Shown here: one piece after another, positions 10,101 to 18,858 of the stretch
Position numbering within the stretch: the stretch's first letter is position 1
Layout of the letters: each line of letters opens with the position of its first letter
Origin: Alphaproteobacteria bacterium
GTDB taxonomy: Bacteria; Pseudomonadota; Alphaproteobacteria; GCA-2731375
NCBI GenBank assembly: GCA_021776235.1
Contig: JAJFGG010000066.1
Span: 26,904-90,903 of the forward strand
Reading direction: 5' to 3'
DNA: 64,000 nucleotides
Made by a program: the position numbers and the translations under genes
Notes under the pieces: generated by a model
Seen by the model: only the letters and a program-made list of their open reading frames with translations
The model's database searches: none
Told to the model about the DNA's origin: nothing

Positions 10101-10213
10101 TGTGTATTCAAGCGGGATAAAGACACTGCGCCAAGAACCAGCATGACCACCATCAACAGGTTGGCGGCATTGCGGTGACGGACAAACAATTTGACCAGAT
10201 CGGCGGGGTTCAT
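6548..10213 (-). CDS. RND efflux permease (AcrB/HAE1-like, ~1028 aa) continuing in-frame, with no stop codon, into a DctQ-type TRAP small-permease module (~193 aa)
   Basis: Single 1221-aa ORF. The N-terminal ~1028 aa show RND hallmarks, and TM12 ends ...VVPSLLAIQLD. Five codons later an internal Met (codon 7129-7127) opens MLRHRRVQGPRRRRW... followed by 4 TM helices and the DctQ signature GAHVRVDVIRERL. The ATG overlaps the MFP stop (ATGA at 10210-10213). Confidence 0.7.
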   Translation of the reverse strand: MNPADLVKLFVRHRNAANLLMVVMLVLGAVSLSRLNTQFFPDFGIDMVSVTVAWPGASASDIEGNIVTAIEPEVRYLNNVDHIISFAVEGSGTVLVQFNAGSDMQAGRADVVSAVAQVTTLPAGSETPIIRRVTRYDTISRIAVSGPFSESALKAIAKRIREGLLARGIDQVLLYGARDEEIWVDMTPQTLRRLGLSLSDVADRIRDRSQDLPSGNIEGQVEKQIRSLGLETSATGLGDIEIRSLPNGEKIRLRDIAGVHEAFDADAVEGRLAKDRAIELHVKRAVGADALEAAAAVERYLAELRQTLPPTLKLEHYDVQAGLISERIAILLKNGVGGLALVVIILFIFLNLRVAIWVAAGIPVALLATTGVMLLTGQSINMVSLFALIMTLGIIVDDAIVVGEHAATRRATGLSARQAAEEGALRMLAPVVASSLTTIAAFLPLIIIGGIIGTILSAIPLVTVSVLVASLLECFLILPGHLRGALGQANQQESRARAWFNRQFDQFRSRGYRPFLVACIQWRYLTVACAVAALIIALGIIGGGRIGFQFFPTPEGNIVYGNVVMMPGTPRARTEAMVHELERAAREAATQSPGTSVASEPLIHSTFGSLGKSQAAEFYSVRGDKYGGLYVELIPSDHRQIRMPDFIETWRQRIQRQPGVDRINLNARRGGPPGKEIDIRLQGGTTRDLKAATHEVKTLLQRFPGVSDVEDDLPYGKQEVILELTPRGRALGFSTDSVGRQVRAAFQGAIAKRFPRGDEEVTVKVQYERGAITTEDLLNLYLRGPSGVDVPLSEVVSMREDAGFARIRRQDGLREAAITGELDVSEISMGKLLEALEDSELPSIARQYGLQYSFAGRAEEQARTMADMRLGALIGLAAIYVILAWVFSSYVRPVVVMAVIPFGIVGAVMGHLLLGFDLSLLTLVGLLGLSGILVNDSIILVSTIDESIAAGEDSFQAIIAGSQDRLRAVLLTSLTTIGGLTPLLFETSLQAQFLIPMAITLIFGLAVATLLVLLVVPSLLAIQLDIQKMLRHRRVQGPRRRRWAAFRAASSRERLLLILSAIDRAICGIGFWSALIILPAMIGVRVYEIVARKVFNAALSLPQYLEWELFVFLVLLTLGYAYIRGAHVRVDVIRERLSPAMQGRIELLGLLLLMLPFVMVVLYFGIDYAINSFDDGERLALTLGGPWRWLLKGAMPFGLGLFLLAAIVAAVRNLAQRRAKD

Positions 10214-11454
10214 TGACGGACTTCGACCTTTTGTCCTGGTCCTATTTCGGCAAACCTGGTCAGCACCACCTGCTCGCCATCGCGGATATCACCCTGCAGA
10301 AGGACATCATTGCCGACCCGCGCCGTCAGTTCGACCGCCCGCCGTTCCAGACGGTCGCCTTGGATGACATAAATGGTATCACCGTTGTACAAGGCGCTTT
10401 CAGGTATTCGCGCCACGCCGCGATATTTTTGATCGGGCATGGCGATGGCTACGAAGGCACCAGGGCGAAGAGGATTTGTCAAATCTGCGCCAGCTAGCCG
10501 GATGAATACCGGTACACCGCCGCTGGCGCTGTCTATGCGGGCGTCAACGCGGTCCAATCGCCCGTCGTAACGGAAACTTCGCCCACCCACCTGCCAGGTA
10601 ATCTCCGCCGACCGGCCGGTCAGGGGGCCGTCCGAGACCAGGCGGCCGTATTGTCCGTTGGACAGAATGACCCTTGCTTCTAAACGGCCAGCGTCAATTA
10701 GCCGCGCGACGCGATCATTGGCGTTCAGGCGCTTGCCTACCTGGGCCTGCACATCGGCCAGGAAACCATTGAAGGGTGCGGTCAATCGCGCCCGTTGCAG
10801 ATCCCGTTTCGCCCGCCGCAGATTCACGCCGAGGCGATTGATGACCGCTTCCTGTTGTTTGATACGCGCGGTTTCGCCCGCCAATTCGCTTTTCCGCATT
10901 TCGGTCATCTTCTGCTGCCGGGTCAGGTCAATGCGCGCGGTATCCAGCCGCTTTTCGGAAACCGTGCCCCGGGTAGACAGCGAGCGCACGCGTTTCACTT
11001 CGCGCTGAAGCAAGCTGACCAATTCCAGATCGCGGCCCAGCGCCAACCCGTATGACTCCTTGCGGGCGCTGATTTCCTCCAAACGCGCCATTGCTTCCCG
11101 CGTCTGCGCCGACAGTTCATCTATCTTGGCCTGATAGTCGAATTCATCGATTGCGATTATCAAGTCGCCCTGATGCAAACTGCCGCCGTCGACGAAATTG
11201 TCGGCGACCGCGACCACCTCGCCGGCTACCAGGGCCCGTAGCTCGACCTCCCGCCCCGCGACAATTTCCCCGTACAGGCGCAGCTTCGGCTGAATATCAC
11301 CAAAGGCCACCGGGTGCGCGGTCACCAACCAGGCCTGTTCGGGTTGGTCCAGGGGCTCGACAATGGGTTTTGTGCGTACCAGATAGGCAGCGCCCATCAC
11401 GGCAGCCAGAACCACCATGGCCGGCACCACCGCTTTTCGAACTTGCCAAGACAT
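10210..11454 (-). CDS. Efflux RND periplasmic adaptor (membrane-fusion protein, HlyD/AcrA family)
   Basis: 414 aa with an N-terminal TM anchor, coiled-coil segment (QAKIDELSAQTREAMARLEEISARKES...) and C-terminal beta-barrel/MP domain pattern. Translationally coupled to the RND ORF. Confidence 0.85.
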   Translation of the reverse strand: MSWQVRKAVVPAMVVLAAVMGAAYLVRTKPIVEPLDQPEQAWLVTAHPVAFGDIQPKLRLYGEIVAGREVELRALVAGEVVAVADNFVDGGSLHQGDLIIAIDEFDYQAKIDELSAQTREAMARLEEISARKESYGLALGRDLELVSLLQREVKRVRSLSTRGTVSEKRLDTARIDLTRQQKMTEMRKSELAGETARIKQQEAVINRLGVNLRRAKRDLQRARLTAPFNGFLADVQAQVGKRLNANDRVARLIDAGRLEARVILSNGQYGRLVSDGPLTGRSAEITWQVGGRSFRYDGRLDRVDARIDSASGGVPVFIRLAGADLTNPLRPGAFVAIAMPDQKYRGVARIPESALYNGDTIYVIQGDRLERRAVELTARVGNDVLLQGDIRDGEQVVLTRFAEIGPGQKVEVRQ

Positions 11455-11574
11455 GGCGGAAACCTACGCAGCCTCGCCGGAACGATCAAGCATTCCGATC
11501 CAGGAACACCCTTTGGTGGACCGCTGCCTGGTCGACCGCTATCCTGGCCGGATTGTTGCAATGGGGAAATCTGC
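11455..11574. promoter_or_regulatory. Divergent intergenic region between the MFP-RND operon and argE (probable promoters)
   Basis: 120-bp gap between divergently oriented start codons. No adjacent regulator gene (no TetR/LysR), and no specific operator recognised. Confidence 0.3.
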
Positions 11575-12732
11575 ATGACTGCTCAACTTTTTACGCCACG
11601 CGAAATGATCGAACGATTGGTGGCATTCGATACAACAAGCCGAGAGTCCAATCTGGAGTTGATCCATTTCGTGCGTGACTATTTGGCCGGTCATGGCGTG
11701 GCCTCGACGTTGATCCACAACGAAAGTGGCGCCAAGGCCAATCTTTTTGCCACGGTTGGCCCCGTCGTCGATGGCGGCGTCGTGCTGTCGGGCCATACCG
11801 ATGTGGTTCCGGTTGATGGCCAGGATTGGTCCAGTGATCCTTTTCAGGTGGACGAGCGCGAGGGCCGGCTGTATGGCCGCGGCACGGCGGACATGAAAAG
11901 CTTCTCCGCCATCGCCCTTGCCTTGGTGCCGGCCATGGTGGAACGTGGCCTGTCACTGCCCATTCATTTTGCCCTTTCCTATGACGAGGAGGTCGGCTGT
12001 CTGGGCGCCCCGGACCTTTCCCGCCATATTCAGGGTCTGCCGTGCCGGCCGCAGGCGTTGATCGTTGGCGAGCCGACGGAGATGAAGGTGGTCAACGCCC
12101 ACAAAGGCTGCTGTGCCATCAGGACCGTCGTAACCGGTTTGGAGGGGCATTCCTCAGAGACGCACAAGGGCGTCAATTCCATTTTTGCCGCCATGGAGTT
12201 GATCCGGTACTTGGCCGATCTGGCGGAAGAATTTAAGACATCCAATGTCGATCCACGCTTTGACCCGCCCTACACCACCATTCAGGTAGGAACCATCACC
12301 GGCGGCACCGCCGGAAATATCATTCCCAAGGAAACCACGTTCTGGTGGGAATATAGGGCCCTGCCAAACATCGATGGTTCAAAAATAGTGGCCGATTTCC
12401 AGGCCTTTGCAGCCAACGAGGTGCTGCCGAAAATGCGCGCGGTTCATCCCCTTGCCGATATTCGTATCGATGTGCGGGGCGAGGTCATTCCGCTGTTGCC
12501 GGAAGATGGTTCGCCCGCGGAAACCCTGGTTCTGGCACTAACCGGCAGTAATCAAACCTATGCTGTTTCCTATGGCACCGAAGCCGGAATTTTCCAGAAG
12601 GGCGGCGTTGCATCAGTAATTTGCGGACCAGGCAGTATTTCTGTTGCGCATCGCCCGGACGAGTATGTGGAGATCTCACAGATCGAAGCCTGTACCGCGT
12701 TCATGCATCGGCTGATTGACCGGTTGGCCTGA
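11575..12732 (+). CDS. argE: Acetylornithine deacetylase (M20 peptidase family)
   Basis: MTAQLFTPREMIERLVAFDTTSRESNLELIHFVRDYL..., HTDVVP, DMKS metal-binding motifs; 385 aa. Start moved to the internal ATG at 11575; the track's upstream extension is antisense to the MFP gene. Confidence 0.8.
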   Translation: MTAQLFTPREMIERLVAFDTTSRESNLELIHFVRDYLAGHGVASTLIHNESGAKANLFATVGPVVDGGVVLSGHTDVVPVDGQDWSSDPFQVDEREGRLYGRGTADMKSFSAIALALVPAMVERGLSLPIHFALSYDEEVGCLGAPDLSRHIQGLPCRPQALIVGEPTEMKVVNAHKGCCAIRTVVTGLEGHSSETHKGVNSIFAAMELIRYLADLAEEFKTSNVDPRFDPPYTTIQVGTITGGTAGNIIPKETTFWWEYRALPNIDGSKIVADFQAFAANEVLPKMRAVHPLADIRIDVRGEVIPLLPEDGSPAETLVLALTGSNQTYAVSYGTEAGIFQKGGVASVICGPGSISVAHRPDEYVEISQIEACTAFMHRLIDRLA

Positions 12733-12790
12733 CCGTTTATACCAACCTAGCCTCTATATGGGTCCCTACCAGCGCAGGTTGGTATTGGTC

Positions 12791-13390
12791 CTATGGCGCG
12801 CGTTTGAACGGGGCCAGGTGACGATTAATATTGGCCGTCATCCCGCGGTCGAAATCCTTGGCGGCGGCCTCGATAAAGCGATACAGGGCATCGTCACGTT
12901 CGTTGATGCTGACCTCTTCCGGCATGGTGCGTTGCCGGGTCGCGGTGGCTGATGCGAACCCGCGACCCAAGCCGCCGGCGGTCACAATTTCCAACTTCGC
13001 TTCCAGCCGGGCGCCATAGCGGGCCGCCTGATCGAGGGTAAACATGGCTTCAAAGCCCTCTTTCTTGTGCAACTTCTCGATCCTGACGGATGCGTCAATG
13101 ATGATGAATTTCGCCTGGCCGCTTGTTCCCATGGCGCGCAGACGATCCTTCGCCCAATTCCGCATTGCCTGGGCTGGCGCCAATGGCAGCGCATGTTCCA
13201 CATTCGGGGCGCGCAGCGGCGAACGATATTGTTCGACGATCTCTATGCGGGCGACATTCAAATGTATCTCCGGCAGGTGACTAAACCGCAGGTCGGGATA
13301 GGTGACCTTCTTCAAGGGGCTTTCGCAGGCTGCCAAAAGAAAGCCGAAACAAAGGACGGGCAGGAGTGGCAGAAGGCGGTATAGCGTCAT
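12791..13390 (-). CDS. Hypothetical lipoprotein
   Basis: Signal peptide with lipobox LLAAC; no recognisable catalytic motifs. Confidence 0.6.
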   Translation of the reverse strand: MTLYRLLPLLPVLCFGFLLAACESPLKKVTYPDLRFSHLPEIHLNVARIEIVEQYRSPLRAPNVEHALPLAPAQAMRNWAKDRLRAMGTSGQAKFIIIDASVRIEKLHKKEGFEAMFTLDQAARYGARLEAKLEIVTAGGLGRGFASATATRQRTMPEEVSINERDDALYRFIEAAAKDFDRGMTANINRHLAPFKRAP

Positions 13391-13443
13391 ATCAAGTGTC
13401 CTGGATCAGAAATACGTCAGGTTTAGGACCGGTAAGAAGGTTC

Positions 13444-14367
13444 CTATTCAGACAAGCCGAATTGACCAAGGGGAAATGTATAGGAAGCATTGCAGAATTC
13501 ACAGGTTACGATCAGTTGATCGTCCACCGCCAGGTCATGCAGTTCGGTATTCGGCAGCTGCTGCAAAATTCGTTCCGCCCGTTGCAGGGAGCAGCGGCAA
13601 CCTGGGCGTAGCCGGGTCGGTTCGAATATCCGCACACCGTCTTCATGGAACAGGCGATAGAGAAGATCATCCCCGGCCAGGCCGGGGTCGATTAACTCAC
13701 TGGACTGGGTGCTGGCCAGCAAAGTGACCACGCGACGCCAATCATCTTCGGATACCTCACCCCGCTCAAACTCCACGCCCCGGGCCAGCAAACTAGGATC
13801 GCCCTCGGGCAGACGCTGCAGCATGATCGCTCCGCTACGCCAATTTCCGTCACTCGCGTTTCTGCCGCTCGCCAGGACAATTGCAGTCTCGATCTGTTCC
13901 GATTCGCGGAAATAGTTATGCGCGCAATCGGCCAGACTGAACCCTTCCAATGCGACGATGCCCTGATAGCGTTCTGTATCGGGCCCTTGATCGACCGTGA
14001 AGGCAATGTAACCGGCGCCCAGAAGGCGGGGAATGGACGGCATCATACCGGGATCTACGCTGCGCACGGCATCGGCGTCGAACTGGGCATAGCCACGCAA
14101 ACTGCCCGGTGATTTCAGGTCGGCTAGCAACGTGGATATGGGTCCATCGCTATTGGTTTGCAGGGTGAAAACCCCGTCAAACTTCAGGGCGCCCGCCAAG
14201 GCACAAGACAGTGCCAGGGCCTCAGCTAGCAGGCGGGACACCAGATCCGGATAATCATGACGGTTGAGAATTTCGTCCAGCGCCGGACCCAGGCGAACCA
14301 GCCTGCCGCGGACACCGATACGTTCAATTTGAAAGGGTCTGATCAGGTCGTCCGGGGCAGCGGTCAA
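13444..14367 (-). CDS. hslO: Redox-regulated chaperone Hsp33
   Basis: C-terminal zinc centre CRCS...CEFCNASY (CxC...CxxC) and overall Hsp33 architecture; 307 aa. Confidence 0.85.
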   Translation of the reverse strand: MTAAPDDLIRPFQIERIGVRGRLVRLGPALDEILNRHDYPDLVSRLLAEALALSCALAGALKFDGVFTLQTNSDGPISTLLADLKSPGSLRGYAQFDADAVRSVDPGMMPSIPRLLGAGYIAFTVDQGPDTERYQGIVALEGFSLADCAHNYFRESEQIETAIVLASGRNASDGNWRSGAIMLQRLPEGDPSLLARGVEFERGEVSEDDWRRVVTLLASTQSSELIDPGLAGDDLLYRLFHEDGVRIFEPTRLRPGCRCSLQRAERILQQLPNTELHDLAVDDQLIVTCEFCNASYTFPLGQFGLSE

Positions 14368-14371
14368 CGGC

Positions 14372-15298
14372 TTATTCCAGACACCATGTTAGGATGCCTT
14401 TTTGCGCGTGCAGGCGGTTTTCCGCTTCGTCCCAGACCAGGGAACGAGGCCCGTCGATCACCGCCGCGGTTACTTCTTCGCCGCGATGGGCTGGCAGACA
14501 ATGCATGAACACCGCATCTGATTTTGCCTTGGCCATTAAGCCATCGTTCACCTGATATGGCGCCAGCATATTATGCCGGTCCGATTTCTGATCATCATGC
14601 ATAGAGACCCAGGCATCGGAAACGATGCAATCGGCACCGCTCACCGCCTCCTCGGTGGATTCGGTGACAATAATCGTGGCACCTTGTTGCCTGGCCCAAG
14701 CCACGGCGCCATCCGATGGGCTAAGGGCCTGCGGGCATGCCAGACGCAGTTCGTAGCCAAAGCGGGCGGCACCATGGATCCAGGATGTAGCAACATTGTT
14801 GCCATCTCCCGACCAGGCGACAATTTGCGACCTCGAAGGGCCGCGGTGTTCTTCAAGTGTCATCACATCGGCCATCAACTGGCAGGGATGACTGCTGTCG
14901 GTCAGGCCATTGATCACCGGTACCGTGGCGTGCTCCACCAACTCGTTCAGCATCGTGTGCGACTTTGTGCGCAACATGATGGCATCGACGTAGCGTGACA
15001 GGACCCGCGCGGTGTCGGCCATGGATTCACCACGGTCCAACTGCAGGTCATCAGAATTCAAAACGATGGTTTCGCCACCCAATTGCCGCATGCCGACATC
15101 GAACGACACGCGGGTTCGGGTCGATGGTTGAATGAAAACCATCGCCAAAACTTTGCCGGCCAGCGGCCGATCTTCGTCGGGTTCTCCTCGCCCTTGGCCG
15201 GCGCGGGAAGATTTGCGCGCCTTGGCGCTGTCCAAAATACCGCGCAAGGTGGCGTCATCGATCTGGTCAATGTCCAGAAAATGGCGCGGTTGGGTCAT
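14372..15298 (-). CDS. argF: Ornithine carbamoyltransferase
   Basis: STRTR carbamoyl-phosphate motif, HPCQ and HCLP motifs; 308 aa. Confidence 0.9.
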   Translation of the reverse strand: MTQPRHFLDIDQIDDATLRGILDSAKARKSSRAGQGRGEPDEDRPLAGKVLAMVFIQPSTRTRVSFDVGMRQLGGETIVLNSDDLQLDRGESMADTARVLSRYVDAIMLRTKSHTMLNELVEHATVPVINGLTDSSHPCQLMADVMTLEEHRGPSRSQIVAWSGDGNNVATSWIHGAARFGYELRLACPQALSPSDGAVAWARQQGATIIVTESTEEAVSGADCIVSDAWVSMHDDQKSDRHNMLAPYQVNDGLMAKAKSDAVFMHCLPAHRGEEVTAAVIDGPRSLVWDEAENRLHAQKGILTWCLE

Positions 15299-16485
15299 TG
15301 CCCCAATTCCCGGCAGACGTCCTCCAGCGCCGAAATCGCTTCATCGACATGGTTTTCTTCTATGTTCAGGGGCGGCAGCATGCGCATTACATTGTCGCCG
15401 GCTGGCGGTACCAGAACGCCGCGGCCTCGCATAGCGGTCACCATATCCATGTTGGGTACACGGCATTTGATCCCTAACAACAGACCCTTGCCGCGCACAT
15501 CCTCAATCACCGAGTCATTGCGCCGGCACAAGTCTTCCAGCCGTGAACGCAGCAAATCGCCGATCCGTTCGACTTCGGCCATGAAGCCATCGCCCAGGAC
15601 AACATCCAACACCGCATTGCCGGCGGCCATGGCCAGCGGATTGCCGCCATAGGTGGAACCATGAGTGCCGGGGACCATGCCCTTGGCGGCGTCGGATGTG
15701 GCCATGCAGGCACCAACCGGAAAGCCACCGCCGATACCCTTGCCCAGTGTGACGATGTCCGGCGTCACGCCGGACCATTCATGGGCCAGAAGACGGCCGG
15801 TCCGGCCCATTCCGGTTTGCACTTCATCAATGATCAACAGCAAGCCGTTGTCGTCGCAGACCTGCCGCAATTGCTGCATCACGGCATCCTCGATCATCAT
15901 GACGCCGCCCTCCGCCTGGATCGGCTCTATCATGATTGCGGCCGTGTGTGGCCCAATCGCCGCCTGCAAGGCATCCATATCGCCTACCGCGACATGATCG
16001 AAACCATCCACCTTCGGGCCAAAGCCGTCCAGGACCTTTTCCCCACCGGTGGCGGCGATGGTCGCCAGAGTACGGCCATGGAAACAGTTGTCGAAGGTGA
16101 TGACACGAAAGCGCTCCGGATTGCCGTTGGTGTGGTGATAACGGCGTGCCATCTTGATTGCGCATTCGTTCGCCTCGGCACCTGAATTGCAGAAAAAGAC
16201 GGTGTCGGCAAAGCTGTTTGCAACCAATCGATCCGCCAGGCGTTCCTGACCCTGGATGCGGTACAGATTTGATGTATGCATCAATGTCGCGGCCTGTCGC
16301 TGGATTTCCGCCACCAAATGGGGATGGCTATGGCCCAGGCACAGCACTGCCAGGCCGGTGGCAAAATCCAGATATTTGCCTCCCTCGGTGTCGTATAAAT
16401 AGGCTCCTTCGCCCCGTTCGAATGCGATATCAATTCTGCCATAGGTTGGCATGACCGATGCGGTCATCGCGGCACCCTCCTGCAT
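15295..16485 (-). CDS. argD: Acetylornithine aminotransferase (class III PLP aminotransferase)
   Basis: Class-III aminotransferase signature ([14 protein letters not shown], lysine-containing), 4-bp overlap with argF. Start may be the downstream Met at 16467. Confidence 0.85.
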   Translation of the reverse strand: MQEGAAMTASVMPTYGRIDIAFERGEGAYLYDTEGGKYLDFATGLAVLCLGHSHPHLVAEIQRQAATLMHTSNLYRIQGQERLADRLVANSFADTVFFCNSGAEANECAIKMARRYHHTNGNPERFRVITFDNCFHGRTLATIAATGGEKVLDGFGPKVDGFDHVAVGDMDALQAAIGPHTAAIMIEPIQAEGGVMMIEDAVMQQLRQVCDDNGLLLIIDEVQTGMGRTGRLLAHEWSGVTPDIVTLGKGIGGGFPVGACMATSDAAKGMVPGTHGSTYGGNPLAMAAGNAVLDVVLGDGFMAEVERIGDLLRSRLEDLCRRNDSVIEDVRGKGLLLGIKCRVPNMDMVTAMRGRGVLVPPAGDNVMRMLPPLNIEENHVDEAISALEDVCRELGQ

Positions 16486-16567
16486 TTATGTGACGGCTCT
16501 ATATGTCGCCGAGGAAAGGGGCCGGATTATCTATGCAAACGCGCGGCTGTCAATGCGCCTTTACGAA

Positions 16568-18700
16568 CTAAACGATCTCTGGCGCCTCGGATTCAGGTGG
16601 AATCCCGAAATGCGCCCATCGTTGACGCCCGCCTTCGATGTCCAAATAGTGCAGAAGCGCGGAAACCGGCCGCCTATCGAACGCCGTGCCGGCGCCAGCT
16701 ACAAGGGCCTTGCACGCTTCGTCAAACGACATGCCTTGGCGATAGGCCCGGGCACTGACCATGCCGACAAACGCGTTGGCCACGGCGACGACGCGTGCGG
16801 TGGGCAATATATTCTCCTCGGCCAGGTTATCCGGCTGCCCATCGCCGTCCCAACGTTCCTGAATTTGCCGGATGGTATCGGCGACCGGGCCGTCGAAACC
16901 CACTCCTTTGATCAGTTCCGCGCTGGTAAAGACCGAATCGCGCACCATGGCTAATTCGGTATCGGTCAATTTACCGGTTTTGATCAATAGCGCACGCGGC
17001 ACCGATACCTTGCCCAAATTCATCAAGGCGCCGGCGATGTCGCAGGTCTCGACGGCGGCGGCATCCATGTGCATGCCTTGGGCAATAGCACTGGCAACCT
17101 CGGCGACGCGCGCGGAATGATGGGCGGAAAATGGATCGCGCCGGTCTACCACGGCAACGCAGGTCTGCACCAGTTCACGAAGAATTCGGGCGCGCCGTTC
17201 CCGCTCGTCGACCAGATCGGTAATATCCTCCAAAATCATCAAGACCCCGGAGATTTCCTCACCCTCGGAACGCAGTGGAATGTGATCTGATTTGACGACG
17301 CGGCGTCCGGTCTGGCCCTGTTCCGTGCGCCATTCGGTTAAAGGCCGGCCATTTTCAACGACCTGGGCATTGGCCCGTTGCAATGCCTCCGCCTTGTCCG
17401 CACCCATAGCGCTGACCAGGGATTTACCAACAAGTTCATTGCCAACGATGCCGGTTTCTTCGCTGGTTCTGGAATTGGCGAAAATAACGTCGCCTTGTCG
17501 GTCGACGGCGGCAATGGCGGTGGGCTGGCTGTCGGTGACAACGCGCAGAAAATCACTCACGGATTGAAGCTGGGCGTTGGATTGCCGTAGTCCTTCGGAC
17601 GCTGCGGCGACCCGTACCGACGAGCCATGGCGCCAAACCGCAAAAATGGTCGCGGTGATCACGGCGATCACAAGCCATAGACCAATCAAAAGGATTATTT
17701 GACGGCGATCGGACACGGCCAGGGCTTCGGACCGGTCGACGCTTCGTATCAAGGCCCAGGGAAGGCCCTGGATGCCGCGGCTGGTTGCCAGAACGTCCTC
17801 TCCCTGATAATTGGCAAAGATGCCGAAGCCACCAATCCGGTCAAGCAACTCTGCCGCAGCCAAGCGGTTGGTATCCACATCCATGACCCGTTGCAACGGC
17901 GGTGTGCCGTCCCGCAGCGGGGAAAGATATTCCAGCGTGTTGCCCTTTTTTCGCACCAGGTAGGATTGGCCGCTTTTGAGCGCTTCCCCCGGCTGCGTTA
18001 GTCGGTCAAACAAATCGGCGCCGACCAGTCGGATCCCCAGGATGGCGCCGACCTGATCCGCCGGTCGATTTTCGCCCTGGACGGCAAAGATGGGTTGCAG
18101 GAAAGCCATCGTGGCCTGGCCCGTGGGCCCGAGATAGAGATCGAGCAGCCCCCGCGTGCCCGGACTGGTCCCGCGTAGGAATTCCTTAAAACGCCCGTCC
18201 AATGCCGGTGTTCCCGGTGTGGTGACCAGTATTTCGCCTTTTCGGTCCAGCAAGGCCAGGCCGGCCACCCCGACCCGCTTTACGTTGGCCTGCACATCAG
18301 TACCTCGCATAGGCGCACTGAAGCCGGATTGATCGGCGGTAACGACCAACAAATTAGCCAGATATTCGGCTTGGGCTGATTGGTCCGTGATAGCGCCCGA
18401 GCGCCCTTCCGAAAGAGAATACTCCGTCAAATACAGCTGCAAAGACAGATTATCCGCCAAGCCGGACAGGGTTTTGAATTGCCGGTCCCGCCATTCGCGC
18501 ACGGCTTGGGCCCGACTGGCGGCAACGATGCCAAGTCGAACCTGCCATTGTTGCAGATCGCGTTCGCCCTCGGCCTTAACGAACCGATGAACGGCAACCA
18601 TGCCCAATACCGCACACAGCAACAATATGGCGCCGGCGATGGCGACATTGCGGTTAATTTTGCCCGTTGCTTCGTCTCTCTCGATTCTGATGCCGCTCAT
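16568..18700 (-). CDS. Membrane-anchored sensor protein with periplasmic domain, PAS domain and a degenerate HD-GYP domain
   Basis: N-terminal TM, ~300-aa periplasmic region, second TM, PAS-like segment. C-terminal HD-GYP-like fold with HHSARVAEV..., but the HD dyad reads LMNLGK (instead of LHDIGK) and the GYP motif reads ERWDGDGQP. Confidence 0.7.
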   Translation of the reverse strand: MSGIRIERDEATGKINRNVAIAGAILLLCAVLGMVAVHRFVKAEGERDLQQWQVRLGIVAASRAQAVREWRDRQFKTLSGLADNLSLQLYLTEYSLSEGRSGAITDQSAQAEYLANLLVVTADQSGFSAPMRGTDVQANVKRVGVAGLALLDRKGEILVTTPGTPALDGRFKEFLRGTSPGTRGLLDLYLGPTGQATMAFLQPIFAVQGENRPADQVGAILGIRLVGADLFDRLTQPGEALKSGQSYLVRKKGNTLEYLSPLRDGTPPLQRVMDVDTNRLAAAELLDRIGGFGIFANYQGEDVLATSRGIQGLPWALIRSVDRSEALAVSDRRQIILLIGLWLVIAVITATIFAVWRHGSSVRVAAASEGLRQSNAQLQSVSDFLRVVTDSQPTAIAAVDRQGDVIFANSRTSEETGIVGNELVGKSLVSAMGADKAEALQRANAQVVENGRPLTEWRTEQGQTGRRVVKSDHIPLRSEGEEISGVLMILEDITDLVDERERRARILRELVQTCVAVVDRRDPFSAHHSARVAEVASAIAQGMHMDAAAVETCDIAGALMNLGKVSVPRALLIKTGKLTDTELAMVRDSVFTSAELIKGVGFDGPVADTIRQIQERWDGDGQPDNLAEENILPTARVVAVANAFVGMVSARAYRQGMSFDEACKALVAGAGTAFDRRPVSALLHYLDIEGGRQRWAHFGIPPESEAPEIV

Positions 18701-18858
18701 CCGAAACTGCCCTCCTGTCTATTGCCTGCGCAATTGCAACTGAAAATGGTAAATATTTCGGTATACATGACAGTAAATATCTATTCTTACTGCTCTTTCG
18801 GCTATGATTGCGCTACGGCGAACCCTCTCCCTTTGTCCCTTGCCAGGAAAGTAACGCG

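Noticed and set aside
11314-11574. N-terminal 87-aa extension of argE in the ORF track (similar long extensions for dctM at 6543-6656, pmbA at 26196-26420, rpe at 28084-28224, ccmH at 38343-38489, the receiver gene at 40451-40609, ubiE at 44582-44668 and the phosphoesterase at 45472-45516)
   Set aside because: The extensions are low-complexity, overlap neighbouring genes or their antisense, and the conserved protein begins at an internal ATG (often with a visible RBS); the shorter starts were used.
16568-18700. Initial guess of a GGDEF/EAL c-di-GMP enzyme for the large sensor protein
   Set aside because: No GG(D/E)EF or EAL motifs were found. The C-terminal domain instead matches the HD-GYP fold (HHSARVAEV..., ERWDG...), in degenerate form.
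18700-18858. ttgcctgcgcaattgcaa palindromic motif in the AT-rich divergent promoter region between the HD-GYP sensor gene and the DMT transporter gene, considered as a regulator binding site
   Set aside because: Single occurrence, no adjacent regulator gene and no second half-site pattern matching a known operator family. Not supportable beyond noting it.
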